Source: an uncultured Dehalococcoidales bacterium (GTDB lineage: Bacteria > Chloroflexota > Dehalococcoidia > E44-bin15). From it: DNA of 44,097 nucleotides. This document shows, piece by piece, positions 34,106 through 42,298 of this stretch. Numbering within the stretch: the stretch's first letter is position 1; every line of letters begins with the position of its first letter. Location: the NCBI GenBank assembly GCA_964583545.1, contig CAZOVW010000002.1:1-44097 (forward strand), in the 5' to 3' direction. The translations under genes were made by a program, and so were the position numbers. Under the pieces are notes generated by a model. That model saw nothing but the letters and a program-made list of their open reading frames with translations. It did not search any database and was not told the DNA's origin.

Positions 34106-35398
34106 TTACTTCTGGCCCAGGCCGTGCACGCTGAAGAACTTGGAGAGTTTGTCCTTGACCGTGTCCACCCCCGAGTACCTCTTGTCGAACAGGTCGAGAC
34201 CGATGTGCAAGAAAGGTACCCCGATCTCACGGCACTTCTCCCTCATCATGCCTACGTTTGCAGACCCATCCTTGTGGCCCATGTGACCCGGCCAGATAAC
34301 GCAATCTACCTTGTAGTCTTTGACTATTCGCGATATATCGCTGAGGAAGTTATCCGCCACACCGCGCGCCTGCCTGATCATCGGCATCTCAGTCAGGGCC
34401 CTCTTAGCCAGGCCCATGAACATGGTGTCCTCGTTTTTGGTGTCTATCGGCTCGTAAGGGGTGTAGCCGAACATATTCATGACGAAGTTCACTCCCCACT
34501 CCGCCTCCAGCCACGGTTGGATATCCCATTGCCAGAGTAGCGGCAGGATGTCGAACCAGAGTGCTCGGATCCTCTCCCCGCCCGGTACCCCGCTTACCCC
34601 CGCCTTCACCCGCTTCTCGGCGTTGGCAACGAGCTTCTTGAACCATTCGGTGCCCTCGGGAACACCGGGATAGTAGTACGTAGCTATAGCGAAGCACTGC
34701 GGCGGACCGATGGTCCAGTCGTGCGGGCACGGCACCACCCGCCTCAGGTCATTGTATTCCTGCCACAGCGCATATTCCTTGTTGGACTCCTCACATACCT
34801 CCCGCAGACGGTCTATGTCCAGCGTATACCCAGTGTGCTCAGTGATAAACTCCACCATCCGCTTAAGTTCCTTAACATAGTACTCGAAGCTCCGATCATC
34901 TTCCCAGTAGGGCGGGTCAGCGGCGAAGATCGGAACATCACGCCACTTGCCGTGCTTGATTGCCTGGTGGACCACTGTCGTGCCGTCGCAGGGATGAAGC
35001 AGGCTGATAAGCGCAGTCGGCTTTGGACTAACATCAGCCTCTACATAGTACGCTGCCAGCCTGAGGACGGTGCACAGATCGCTGCCGAGCATGCCCTCGG
35101 CTCCATCGATATCCTGGTCTAGCAGCGGTGCTGAAACCCCCAGGAACGGTGTCTGCAAGAAAATCCACCACGGGCAATCCATAGCGGTATATATCTCCGG
35201 TGCGCAGCAGAAGTAGCTGGCAATGTAAGGTTTGCCCTCCTCGACGCAACCTACTATCTCGTCATACTTGTTCATAACTGTCTTTATAACAAACCGGTTG
35301 ATGTCTCCTTCCTCCGATGTATCTAGCGCAAGCGCATCGTGGAGACCCTGAAGAAAAGCTTTATCATCCACTAACCGTTGCAATTCCTTTTTAACCAT
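34106..35398 (-). CDS. 2-hydroxyacyl-CoA dehydratase/BcrC-BadD-HgdB family protein, alpha-like paralogue 2
   Basis: 430 aa. HGD-D-type family features (YFCCAPEIY, LHPCDGT, VPCPHDW, VIWPGHMGHKDG). Paralogue of 35500-36789. Confidence 0.75.
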   Translation of the reverse strand: MVKKELQRLVDDKAFLQGLHDALALDTSEEGDINRFVIKTVMNKYDEIVGCVEEGKPYIASYFCCAPEIYTAMDCPWWIFLQTPFLGVSAPLLDQDIDGAEGMLGSDLCTVLRLAAYYVEADVSPKPTALISLLHPCDGTTVVHQAIKHGKWRDVPIFAADPPYWEDDRSFEYYVKELKRMVEFITEHTGYTLDIDRLREVCEESNKEYALWQEYNDLRRVVPCPHDWTIGPPQCFAIATYYYPGVPEGTEWFKKLVANAEKRVKAGVSGVPGGERIRALWFDILPLLWQWDIQPWLEAEWGVNFVMNMFGYTPYEPIDTKNEDTMFMGLAKRALTEMPMIRQARGVADNFLSDISRIVKDYKVDCVIWPGHMGHKDGSANVGMMREKCREIGVPFLHIGLDLFDKRYSGVDTVKDKLSKFFSVHGLGQK

Positions 35399-35455
35399 TG
35401 TTTACCTCCCTATGCTTTCCAGGAATGTCTGGGCCCTGGTTCCTAACTGCGCTGT
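35399..35455 (-). repeat. Relic copy of the 3' end of the beta-like gene, left by tandem duplication
   Basis: 35396-35455 (cattgtttacctccctatgctttccaggaatgtctgggccctggttcctaact) aligns with 36787-36845 (catcgtctaccttcccatgctttccaagaatgcctgggccctggttctcacct). The latter spans the stop and last codons of the 382-aa gene. Confidence 0.75.
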
Positions 35456-35499
35456 CCAAGCGTTATTCCAGTCTCCTTACCTTTTTTGTCATCGATTAC

Positions 35500-36789
35500 T
35501 CACTTCTGGCCCAGGCCGTGCGCGCTGAAGAACTGGGAGAACCTGTCTTTGACCTCGTCCGGAGAGGTATACCTATTGTCGAAGAGGTCAAGCCCGATGT
35601 GGAGGAATGGTACCCCCATCTCGCGACACTTCTCCCTCATCATGCCAATGTTTGCCGATCCATCCTTATGGCCCATATGGCCCGGCCAGATGACGCAATC
35701 TATCTTGTAGTCCTTGACTATTCGCTCTATATCGTCGAGGAAGTGATCCGCCACACCGCGCGCCTGCCTCACCATCGGCACGTCAAACAAAGCCCGCTTA
35801 GCCAGGCCTTTGAACATGGCGTCCTCACTTGAGGTGTCAATCAGCGTGTATGGCGTATAGCCGAACATGTCCATAACCATGACCCCTCCCCACTCCTCCT
35901 CCAACCACGGAAAGATGTCAAGGCTCAGCGCTAAAGACACAACATCGAACCACAGTAACCTGATCCTCTCCTTCGGCACCTTGCTCTTCTTCTGTCGGAC
36001 TAGCTCCTCGGCGTCGGCAATGAGATCCCTGATCCAGGCAGTGCCTACGGGATCACCCACTAATAAGGTCTGCACTACACCGAACGTCTGTATTCCGAAG
36101 CCGAAGCCGTGGGGACATGGCACCGCCCGTCTCAGGTCGTTGTATTCCTGCCACAGCGCGTATTGCTTGTTGGACTCCCCTATAACCTCCCGCAGTCTAT
36201 CCATATCCAGTTTGTGCCCGGTGTGCTCCTCGAGGAATGATACCATCCGCTTAAGTTCAACAGCATAGTAATCTACACTTCGCTCATCCTCCCAATAGGG
36301 TGGGTCACAGGCGAACATCGGAACGTTACGCCAGTTTTCGCTTTGCGCGATTATTTGGTGCAGCACCGTTGTACCGTCGCAGGGGTGAAGTAGAGCGATG
36401 ACCGCAGTTGGTAGTGGAGCAAGGTCTTCCGCTATATAGTATCCGGCTATCCTGAGGATGGTGCACAGGTCCTTTCCGAACAGTTTCTCGCTCCCATCAA
36501 TCTCGTCTGGTAGAGTGGGCGTTACAGCCCCGGTGAACGCGGGGGTCAAAAAGGTGTACCAGGGGAGTTCCATGGCGGTGTATAGCTCCGGTGCACAAGC
36601 GAAGTAGCTGGCGATGAATGGCTTGCCCTCCTCAACACACCTTATTATTTCGTTGTGGTGGTCAACAAAGGCCTTGGTCGGAACCATATAGAGCTTGCTA
36701 TCCGGTGTTGGAGACTGCGTAAACGTCTCCACCATAATGTGGAGCGTATCGCGCTCCTGGATAAACCTTTCCAATCTCTTTTCAGTCAT
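35500..36789 (-). CDS. 2-hydroxyacyl-CoA dehydratase/BcrC-BadD-HgdB family protein, alpha-like paralogue 1
   Basis: 429 aa. Same motifs (YFACAPELY, LHPCDGT, VPCPHGF, VIWPGHMGHKDG). The C-terminal 90 aa are nearly identical to the paralogue. Confidence 0.75.
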   Translation of the reverse strand: MTEKRLERFIQERDTLHIMVETFTQSPTPDSKLYMVPTKAFVDHHNEIIRCVEEGKPFIASYFACAPELYTAMELPWYTFLTPAFTGAVTPTLPDEIDGSEKLFGKDLCTILRIAGYYIAEDLAPLPTAVIALLHPCDGTTVLHQIIAQSENWRNVPMFACDPPYWEDERSVDYYAVELKRMVSFLEEHTGHKLDMDRLREVIGESNKQYALWQEYNDLRRAVPCPHGFGFGIQTFGVVQTLLVGDPVGTAWIRDLIADAEELVRQKKSKVPKERIRLLWFDVVSLALSLDIFPWLEEEWGGVMVMDMFGYTPYTLIDTSSEDAMFKGLAKRALFDVPMVRQARGVADHFLDDIERIVKDYKIDCVIWPGHMGHKDGSANIGMMREKCREMGVPFLHIGLDLFDNRYTSPDEVKDRFSQFFSAHGLGQK

Positions 36790-36792
36790 CGT

Positions 36793-37941
36793 CTACCTTC
36801 CCATGCTTTCCAAGAATGCCTGGGCCCTGGTTCTCACCTGGCCGACGATGCCAGCCAGAAGGTATTCCCTGTCCAGTTTGAGGAAGGGGATACCTGCCTC
36901 CTTCAAGTCTTTGTCGAGCATGAAATTCTCAACGGTCCACAGGTCACAGAAGATCATCCGCAGGCCGATAACCCCATCCACCTTGAAATCCCTGACCATG
37001 TCCCTGACGAACTGGGACCTTCGCGGTTGAGCATCGAACATCCGTGGGCAGGCGGGTTTTTCCATGATATAGTACCGCGCCAGGGCGGTAAGCGGATCTT
37101 TCTTCCTCTCATCGACATCTTTCCAGAAAATCCTGGTGCCAAAGCAAAGCGAATCGGTGACCACAAGGCCACCCTGTTCCTCAACGACTTTAATGAAGGC
37201 CGGGTCATCGAGTATGGCGCCCACCAGCATCAATCTCGCCCGGTAACCCTTGATGCCCTCCGCCTGGCTTAATTCATCCAGCAGCTCGGTAAGCATTTTG
37301 TTGTACTGCTCCCTGGGCATAGCCGTGCTGGCTACGACGACAGCCATCGCTTCAGTGCCGGTAATCGGCGGGTTTTCCTTCTTCCTGAGGTCATAAAGCT
37401 TGCGCAGCAGGTGTCTCGTCTCATTGTGGGTCTTTATCGCCCCCCGCAGCTTATCATCGGTGATCGTTATGCCGAGATGCTTCTCCAGCGCTTCCTTGAA
37501 TATTGCCAGCTCGTCCCGCCACCATTCCACCTGCACCTCGGTGGTCTTCTTGGGGAGGCTCATCATGTGCGTGAAGGGGGTCCCCACCTTGCGCTTCCAG
37601 TTGTCGTAGATGCGGCGGACGTGGTCGCAGTTGTTGAGCCAGACAGCCCCCTCAATGAAATCATACTCTCCCAGGAGCCCCATATTGAAGGCATGACGGC
37701 AGAAACTGCAATTGATGCTGCTCAAATACGCATCTGCCAGCTCCGTTCCCGTGCTGCCAGTGGCCCTCACTCGCATGGGGACCAGGCCAGCAGCGGTGAT
37801 GATCTCCTCCGGCCCGTAGGAACAGAAGTAACCCACCACCTTGCCCCCCTGCTCTATCCATTTCTTCAATTTAGGGTTAAGGATGGTCTCGGCGGCTGTG
37901 GTGAATTCCTCTAATGCCGGCGACTTTACCTTTGTCTCCAA
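36793..37941 (-). CDS. 2-hydroxyacyl-CoA dehydratase/BcrC-BadD-HgdB family protein, beta-like subunit
   Basis: 382 aa. ...GYFCSYGPEEII...SINCSFCRH...TDSLCFGTR... TTG start at 37941 with a GGGGG about 8 nt upstream; no in-frame ATG is nearby. Confidence 0.7.
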   Translation of the reverse strand: METKVKSPALEEFTTAAETILNPKLKKWIEQGGKVVGYFCSYGPEEIITAAGLVPMRVRATGSTGTELADAYLSSINCSFCRHAFNMGLLGEYDFIEGAVWLNNCDHVRRIYDNWKRKVGTPFTHMMSLPKKTTEVQVEWWRDELAIFKEALEKHLGITITDDKLRGAIKTHNETRHLLRKLYDLRKKENPPITGTEAMAVVVASTAMPREQYNKMLTELLDELSQAEGIKGYRARLMLVGAILDDPAFIKVVEEQGGLVVTDSLCFGTRIFWKDVDERKKDPLTALARYYIMEKPACPRMFDAQPRRSQFVRDMVRDFKVDGVIGLRMIFCDLWTVENFMLDKDLKEAGIPFLKLDREYLLAGIVGQVRTRAQAFLESMGR

Positions 37942-38015
37942 TTCATTTTCCCCCTTTCGCGGCGCTCTCTTTCACGGTCGCCCCGCTCAGTTTTCCCCAC
38001 AGGACACTGCTTGCC

Positions 38016-38043
38016 AGTTTACACAAAACATTCCGTGTGTCAA
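38016..38043 (-). promoter_or_regulatory. Candidate promoter of the dehydratase-family operon
   Basis: On the minus strand: TTGACA (38038-38043), 16-nt spacer, TAAACT (38016-38021). A second candidate is TTGACT (38107-38112), 17 nt, TAGACT (38084-38089). Confidence 0.3.
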
Positions 38044-38151
38044 GGACTGGGGCCAGATAATCCTTTCGAGTTCCCTGCTTTTTAGTCTACTCCTCCGTTT
38101 TGAATCAGTCAACACAGCAAACAAGGTGAACACATCATACGATTGGTCTTG

Positions 38152-38172
38152 TTCAGATAGATGGGTGACACC
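38152..38172 (+). repeat. 21-nt direct repeat, copy 2 (partner at 31462-31482)
   Basis: TTCAGATAGATGGGTGACACC; see copy 1. Confidence 0.75.
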
Positions 38173-38268
38173 TTCCCCTCATTGGAAGAGGTCCTTTCAC
38201 TTGTCATTGCGAGGTTGCCTAAGGTGACCGAAGCAATCTCGGGGAGGGGGATTTCACCCTCACCCTAG

Positions 38269-38291
38269 CCCTCTCCCTTCAAGGGGGAGGG
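38269..38291. repeat. GC-rich palindromic (REP-like) unit
   Basis: CCCTCTCCCTT-c-AAGGGGGAGGG, with one G-T position. The flanking ...GAGGGAATAGTGGAAAGGGGAG resembles ...GAGGGGAATAAAGGGGGTGAGG at 31424-31447. Confidence 0.75.
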
Positions 38292-38390
38292 AATAGTGGA
38301 AAGGGGAGTCCAGAGGTGTCTCCCTTGCTTTCCCCTCCTGATCCAGGGGAAAAGTATGTCCCCGCTTCTTTCGTTGTGCACTGGCTACTG

Positions 38391-38399
38391 TGCTATAAT
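38391..38399 (+). promoter_or_regulatory. Candidate extended -10 promoter of the MFS transporter gene
   Basis: TGcTATAAT, with TATAAT at 38394-38399, 37 nt upstream of GTG 38436. No good -35 element. Confidence 0.4.
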
Positions 38400-38435
38400 C
38401 GTGGGCGTATGTTTGGGGCAGCGAGGAACTGAAGC

Positions 38436-39707
38436 GTGCCAGCGCAGGGGAGAGGGTTTTTCTACGGTTGGGTAGTTGTGGTGGGCGCCTGGCTGGCGAT
38501 GTTTGTTAGTTCGGCGACCATTGCCTCCTTCTCCATATTCGCTCCGGAACTGGAGGAAGCATTCGGTTGGACGAGGGGGATGCTCTCCCTGGGCTACACC
38601 CTTAATACGATTACGATAGCAGTATTCGGGCTGGTGGCGGGGATGCTGGCCGATCGAGTCGGGCTGAGAAAGCTCGTGTTCATCGGCGCCGTTGTCGGGG
38701 GGCTGGGGATGGCCCTGTTGAGCCAGATAACCCAAATCTGGCACTTCTACCTCCTCTATGGGGTCATCGCCCCCTCGGGGGTCGCATTATGTTTTATTGT
38801 TCCTACAGTGGCCACGGTGAGGAGGTGGTTTATGCGGAGGGCTGCCTTGGCAGTAGCTATCGCCATGACCGGCTCGGGGCTGGGGGTGGTGATTCTATTG
38901 CCATTGGTTCACCGCCTCATGGTGGCTATTGGCTGGAGCGATAGCTACATCGCCCTCGGGCTCATCATGGTGGTCGGCACCATCATTGGGGGGGCACTTT
39001 TGAAGAAAGAGCCGGAGTCGGCGGGAACCTATCCCGATGGCGTCAAGCCTGCGGCTGAGGAGCTTGAGGCCAGGGCTGACTTTCTTGCCCGCTCCGAGAG
39101 GTGGTCGGTGAGGGAGGCCTTCCGCACCTCTAGCTGGTGGCTCCTCATACTTTCCCAGTTCTATAATATCGCGATCATCGGGATTATCGGCCACATCGTT
39201 TTCTGGGGCAGCGACCTGGGAATACCCCGGGGGGATGCGGTGATCATCCTGAGCCTTTTTGTGCTGGCAGCGGTGGCGGGCAGGCTTTTCGGGGGCTTTT
39301 TCTCCGATTGGTATATGGCCAGATTCGGTATCTCCCGGAAGCCCGTCTTATATGTTTGCACCATTGGCGTCGCCCTGGGGTGCTTTCTGGCTATGGGGGT
39401 TGATACCAAAACAGGGCTTCTTTTGGTTTCCCTGCTTATCGGATTCTGCTATGGAATCGGCCTCTCGGTATTCCCCACATACCTGGGAGATCTGTTCGGG
39501 GTGGTTAGTGTGCCGGCGCTTTTTGGCACCGTGTTGCTGTTCGCTGCAGGGCTATTTGAGTCAATCGGTCCTGTGTTATTCGGATTCATCCACGAGGCCA
39601 CGCGATCTTACGATCTAGCCTTCTTGGTCACGGCGATACTGTGCCTCATCTCAACGGTATCCCTGTTCCTGATCAGGGCGCCGGCGAGGAGGAATAAAGG
39701 GGCTTGA
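38436..39707 (+). CDS. MFS transporter, oxalate/formate antiporter (OFA)/monocarboxylate-like
   Basis: 423 aa with about 12 hydrophobic segments. N-terminus ...FFYGWVVVVGAWLAMF... is typical of OFA-type MFS. GTG start with GAGGAA upstream. Confidence 0.7.
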   Translation: MPAQGRGFFYGWVVVVGAWLAMFVSSATIASFSIFAPELEEAFGWTRGMLSLGYTLNTITIAVFGLVAGMLADRVGLRKLVFIGAVVGGLGMALLSQITQIWHFYLLYGVIAPSGVALCFIVPTVATVRRWFMRRAALAVAIAMTGSGLGVVILLPLVHRLMVAIGWSDSYIALGLIMVVGTIIGGALLKKEPESAGTYPDGVKPAAEELEARADFLARSERWSVREAFRTSSWWLLILSQFYNIAIIGIIGHIVFWGSDLGIPRGDAVIILSLFVLAAVAGRLFGGFFSDWYMARFGISRKPVLYVCTIGVALGCFLAMGVDTKTGLLLVSLLIGFCYGIGLSVFPTYLGDLFGVVSVPALFGTVLLFAAGLFESIGPVLFGFIHEATRSYDLAFLVTAILCLISTVSLFLIRAPARRNKGA

Positions 39708-40812
39708 TCCTTCCCTCGCTCACTTGGAATAGCGCTGCCTCGGCCAGAAAGTCGTGGTCGAAACGGTCGAGATCCGTGGTGGTGATTACCACCTGCTGAA
39801 AAGAGGCAACGGATCCCAGTAGGTGATGACGCCGCGCCCCATCAAGCTCGGAGAGCACATCGTCCAAAAGCATGATGGGCTCATCATCTATTTTAGAGCG
39901 TAGGAAGCGAGCCTCGGCAAGCTTCAGGGAGAGGGCGATGGTACGCTGCTGGCCCCGGGAGGCATAAACATTCATATTTACATCGCCTATCAGGAACACC
40001 AGGTCATCCCGATGAGGACCGACCAGGCTCATCCCCTGAGCGATCTCCTTTTTTCGAACATCTCGAAGCCTATCCCGAAAATCCGTTACGCCTACACTGG
40101 GTAGATAAGTCATCCTCAATCTCTCTCGCTCTGCAGTGAGCTGGTGATGGATCGGCTGAGCAAGGTCGTTAAGCTCTGCCACCATGAGCTGACGCTGCGT
40201 GATGAGATAGGAGCCGTGCTCCAGTAATTCCTGGTCCCAAAAATCAAGCTGGCTCCCGTCAGCGCGCCGCTCCCCGATCAACCTGAGGAGGTGATTTCGC
40301 TGCAGGAGCACCTTATTGTATCTCTGGAGGGCGCAGAGGTATCGAGAATTGACTTGGGAGTTTGTTATGTCCAGGTAACGGCGACGCAGGGAGGGGGCAC
40401 TGCCAATAAGGTCGATGTCCTGGGCGCTAAAGAGCACCACGTTGACCTGACCGACGAGGTCGATGGCACGGCGGGGCACGCCATTTACTTTGATCCGCTT
40501 TTGAACATGTGCCTCAGGGTGGGGATATGCTGCCATGAGGGCGAACTCCACCCGAAGGCTCCCCGTCCTTTTTTGAACCTGGGCCAGCAGGCGAGCCACC
40601 GAGAGCCCCTCCCTTTGGGTGGACCAGTTGATCAGCTCCCGCTCCACAGTGGCGCGGTGGGATTTGGTGGTGGCCAGGAGGTAGATCGCCTCAAGGAGGT
40701 TAGTCTTCCCCTGAGCATTATCGCCCTGAAGCACCATAAGGTGTGGCGGGAGGTCGAGCTCCAGTCGCTCGTAATTGCGGAAGTTGGTCAAGCTCAAATG
40801 GGTTATGAGGAT
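39673..40812 (-). CDS. recF: DNA replication/repair protein RecF
   Basis: LTNFRNY and Walker A GDNAQGKTNLLEA. The track start TTG 40797 puts FRNY at residues 6-9. In-frame ATC 40812 lies 6 nt after GGAGG and would give MLITHLSLTNFRNY, the usual RecF N-terminal length. The 3' end overlaps the convergent MFS gene by 35 nt. Confidence 0.85.
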   Translation of the reverse strand: MLITHLSLTNFRNYERLELDLPPHLMVLQGDNAQGKTNLLEAIYLLATTKSHRATVERELINWSTQREGLSVARLLAQVQKRTGSLRVEFALMAAYPHPEAHVQKRIKVNGVPRRAIDLVGQVNVVLFSAQDIDLIGSAPSLRRRYLDITNSQVNSRYLCALQRYNKVLLQRNHLLRLIGERRADGSQLDFWDQELLEHGSYLITQRQLMVAELNDLAQPIHHQLTAERERLRMTYLPSVGVTDFRDRLRDVRKKEIAQGMSLVGPHRDDLVFLIGDVNMNVYASRGQQRTIALSLKLAEARFLRSKIDDEPIMLLDDVLSELDGARRHHLLGSVASFQQVVITTTDLDRFDHDFLAEAALFQVSEGRIKPLYSSSPAP

Positions 40813-40866
40813 GATCCACCTCCGAGGGGATTTCGCTTAAGTAGTAGCGGCATGTTTGCAGGCTGT

Positions 40867-40875
40867 ATTATAGCA
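40867..40875 (-). promoter_or_regulatory. Candidate extended -10 promoter for recF
   Basis: On the minus strand: TGcTATAAT (40867-40875), about 50 nt upstream of the recF start region. Confidence 0.35.
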
Positions 40876-41112
40876 CAACCTCCACCTTGCCGGGGCTCAA
40901 ATTTATAGTGGGGCGAGGTCGCAGCCAGGGTTATAGTGGAACGATGAGGTCGCCGAACTGGTGGCTGAGGGAGGTTCTGGAGTGGCTAGGCATCCTTAGA
41001 GAGAGCAAGGGGATCGATAGCAGGGAGAGCGTGCTCAATCAGCCTGTCACGGAGAGAGACACCTTCAAAATAAGAGGCTACCCAATAAGCGAAAAGGGCG
41101 AAAAAGGCGAAA

Positions 41113-42246
41113 TCACCACTGCACAAACATGGGCATGACTACATGGACGTAGTTCTCCACGCCCACAGGTCGGATCACCCCAGGGCTTGAGGGGCTGCTG
41201 GTCTCCAGGGCGACCCGCTCCTCGTGAAGCACGCCCAGCACATCGGAGAGATACTTGCTGTTGAAGGCGATCTTCGCCTCCTCCCCCTCCACGGTGGCAT
41301 CGACCTCGCCAATGTTGTCCCCTACCTCCTCAGCGCGCGCGGAGAGCACGATCTTGCCTGGTGTTAGCTCCTCGCCAGGGGTTATCTGGAGGCGCACAAT
41401 GGCACTCCCCTCGCGAGCGAAGATGGCGGCGGTTCTTGTTGCCTTGGTGAACTCAGCGAGGCTCGCCTCGGCGCGAGTAGTATAGCGCTGCGGGATGAGC
41501 TGATTATAATTGGGGAAGGTCCCCTGGATCAGTTGCGACACCATCTCCACATCCTTTAGGCGGAAGAGCACCTGGCTCCTATTCAGGTTGACGGTTAGCT
41601 CAACAGGCTCCTCCTGATCCATGAGGAGGCGCTGAAGCTCGGTAAGGGCGCGTGCCGGGATGATTACCTCAGTCCGCTCCGCGACAGGTTCGGCAAGGGG
41701 TGCTTTATGCACCGCAAGCCTGAAGCCATCGGCAGCGGCAAGGGTGAGGGTGTTGCCATCGAACTCGCTGTGAATGCCGGTGAGCACCGGCCGCGTCTCC
41801 TCGGTGGCGGCGGCAAAAACCACTTGGGCGATCGCCAACCGAAGGGCCTCAGGCTCCATTTTGGTCATCACCCCCTCCCCGATCGATGGGATCGGGGGGA
41901 ATTCCTCGGCATCCACTCCATTGATGCGTCCCTCAAAGCGAGCGCACTTGAGCTCTAGGGTGTTGGTCCTCGGCGAAAGGGTCATCTCGATCTTGTCATT
42001 GGGCAAGGAGTTGACAAAGTCGGTGAGCAGTCGCGCGGGGATGGTGATCGCACCTTCCTCCGTTACCTTGGCACCCAGCCAGCAACTGATGGCGATCTCC
42101 AGGTTGGTGGCTGCCAGCTTGAGGCGGGACTTTTCCGTGGCTAACAGAACGTTATTGGTGATCGGCAGAGTGGTTCTGGTGGCCACCGCTCTCCCCACAG
42201 TGCTCAAGCCCTTACTCAGATTCTCTTGAAGACATGACAGCTTCAT
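41113..42246 (-). CDS. dnaN: DNA polymerase III beta sliding clamp
   Basis: 377 aa. MKLSCLQENLSKGLSTVGRAV... and three-domain length typical of DnaN. Confidence 0.9.
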   Translation of the reverse strand: MKLSCLQENLSKGLSTVGRAVATRTTLPITNNVLLATEKSRLKLAATNLEIAISCWLGAKVTEEGAITIPARLLTDFVNSLPNDKIEMTLSPRTNTLELKCARFEGRINGVDAEEFPPIPSIGEGVMTKMEPEALRLAIAQVVFAAATEETRPVLTGIHSEFDGNTLTLAAADGFRLAVHKAPLAEPVAERTEVIIPARALTELQRLLMDQEEPVELTVNLNRSQVLFRLKDVEMVSQLIQGTFPNYNQLIPQRYTTRAEASLAEFTKATRTAAIFAREGSAIVRLQITPGEELTPGKIVLSARAEEVGDNIGEVDATVEGEEAKIAFNSKYLSDVLGVLHEERVALETSSPSSPGVIRPVGVENYVHVVMPMFVQW

Positions 42247-42298
42247 AATTCACCCCCCTAGGAAATTAGCAGTAGTATACACTAATTAAGGGATAAGC

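Noticed and set aside
34081-34230. 5' extensions of track ORFs: activase to 34230, coaX to 5292, thyX from 6955, fabG to 16111, ferredoxin to 11717, SRPBCC to 29410, acyltransferase B to 29006.
   Set aside because: The extensions overlap the upstream gene or a promoter and encode non-homologous sequence. Internal starts with an RBS reproduce the canonical family N-termini.
39673-39707. 35-nt overlap of the convergent MFS and recF 3' ends, considered as a possible antisense-regulation feature.
   Set aside because: Short convergent overlaps are common in compact genomes, and no structure or motif supports a specific function.
41089-41112. The 14-nt match AAGGGCGAAAAAGG shared between the fhs terminator region (about 11357-11372) and the region just after the dnaN stop.
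   Set aside because: By rough estimate, several 14-mer coincidences are expected by chance in a 44-kb window on two strands, and no extended similarity surrounds the match.
40887-41138. 83-aa plus-strand ORF and the TTATAGTGG x2 direct repeat (40903-40911, 40931-40939) in the 315-nt dnaN-recF spacer. I also considered DnaA boxes/oriC here.
   Set aside because: The ORF lies on the wrong strand with no RBS or homology. By rough estimate, a 9-mer recurring within 30 nt is expected several times by chance in 44 kb. I found no good TTATCCACA-type box.
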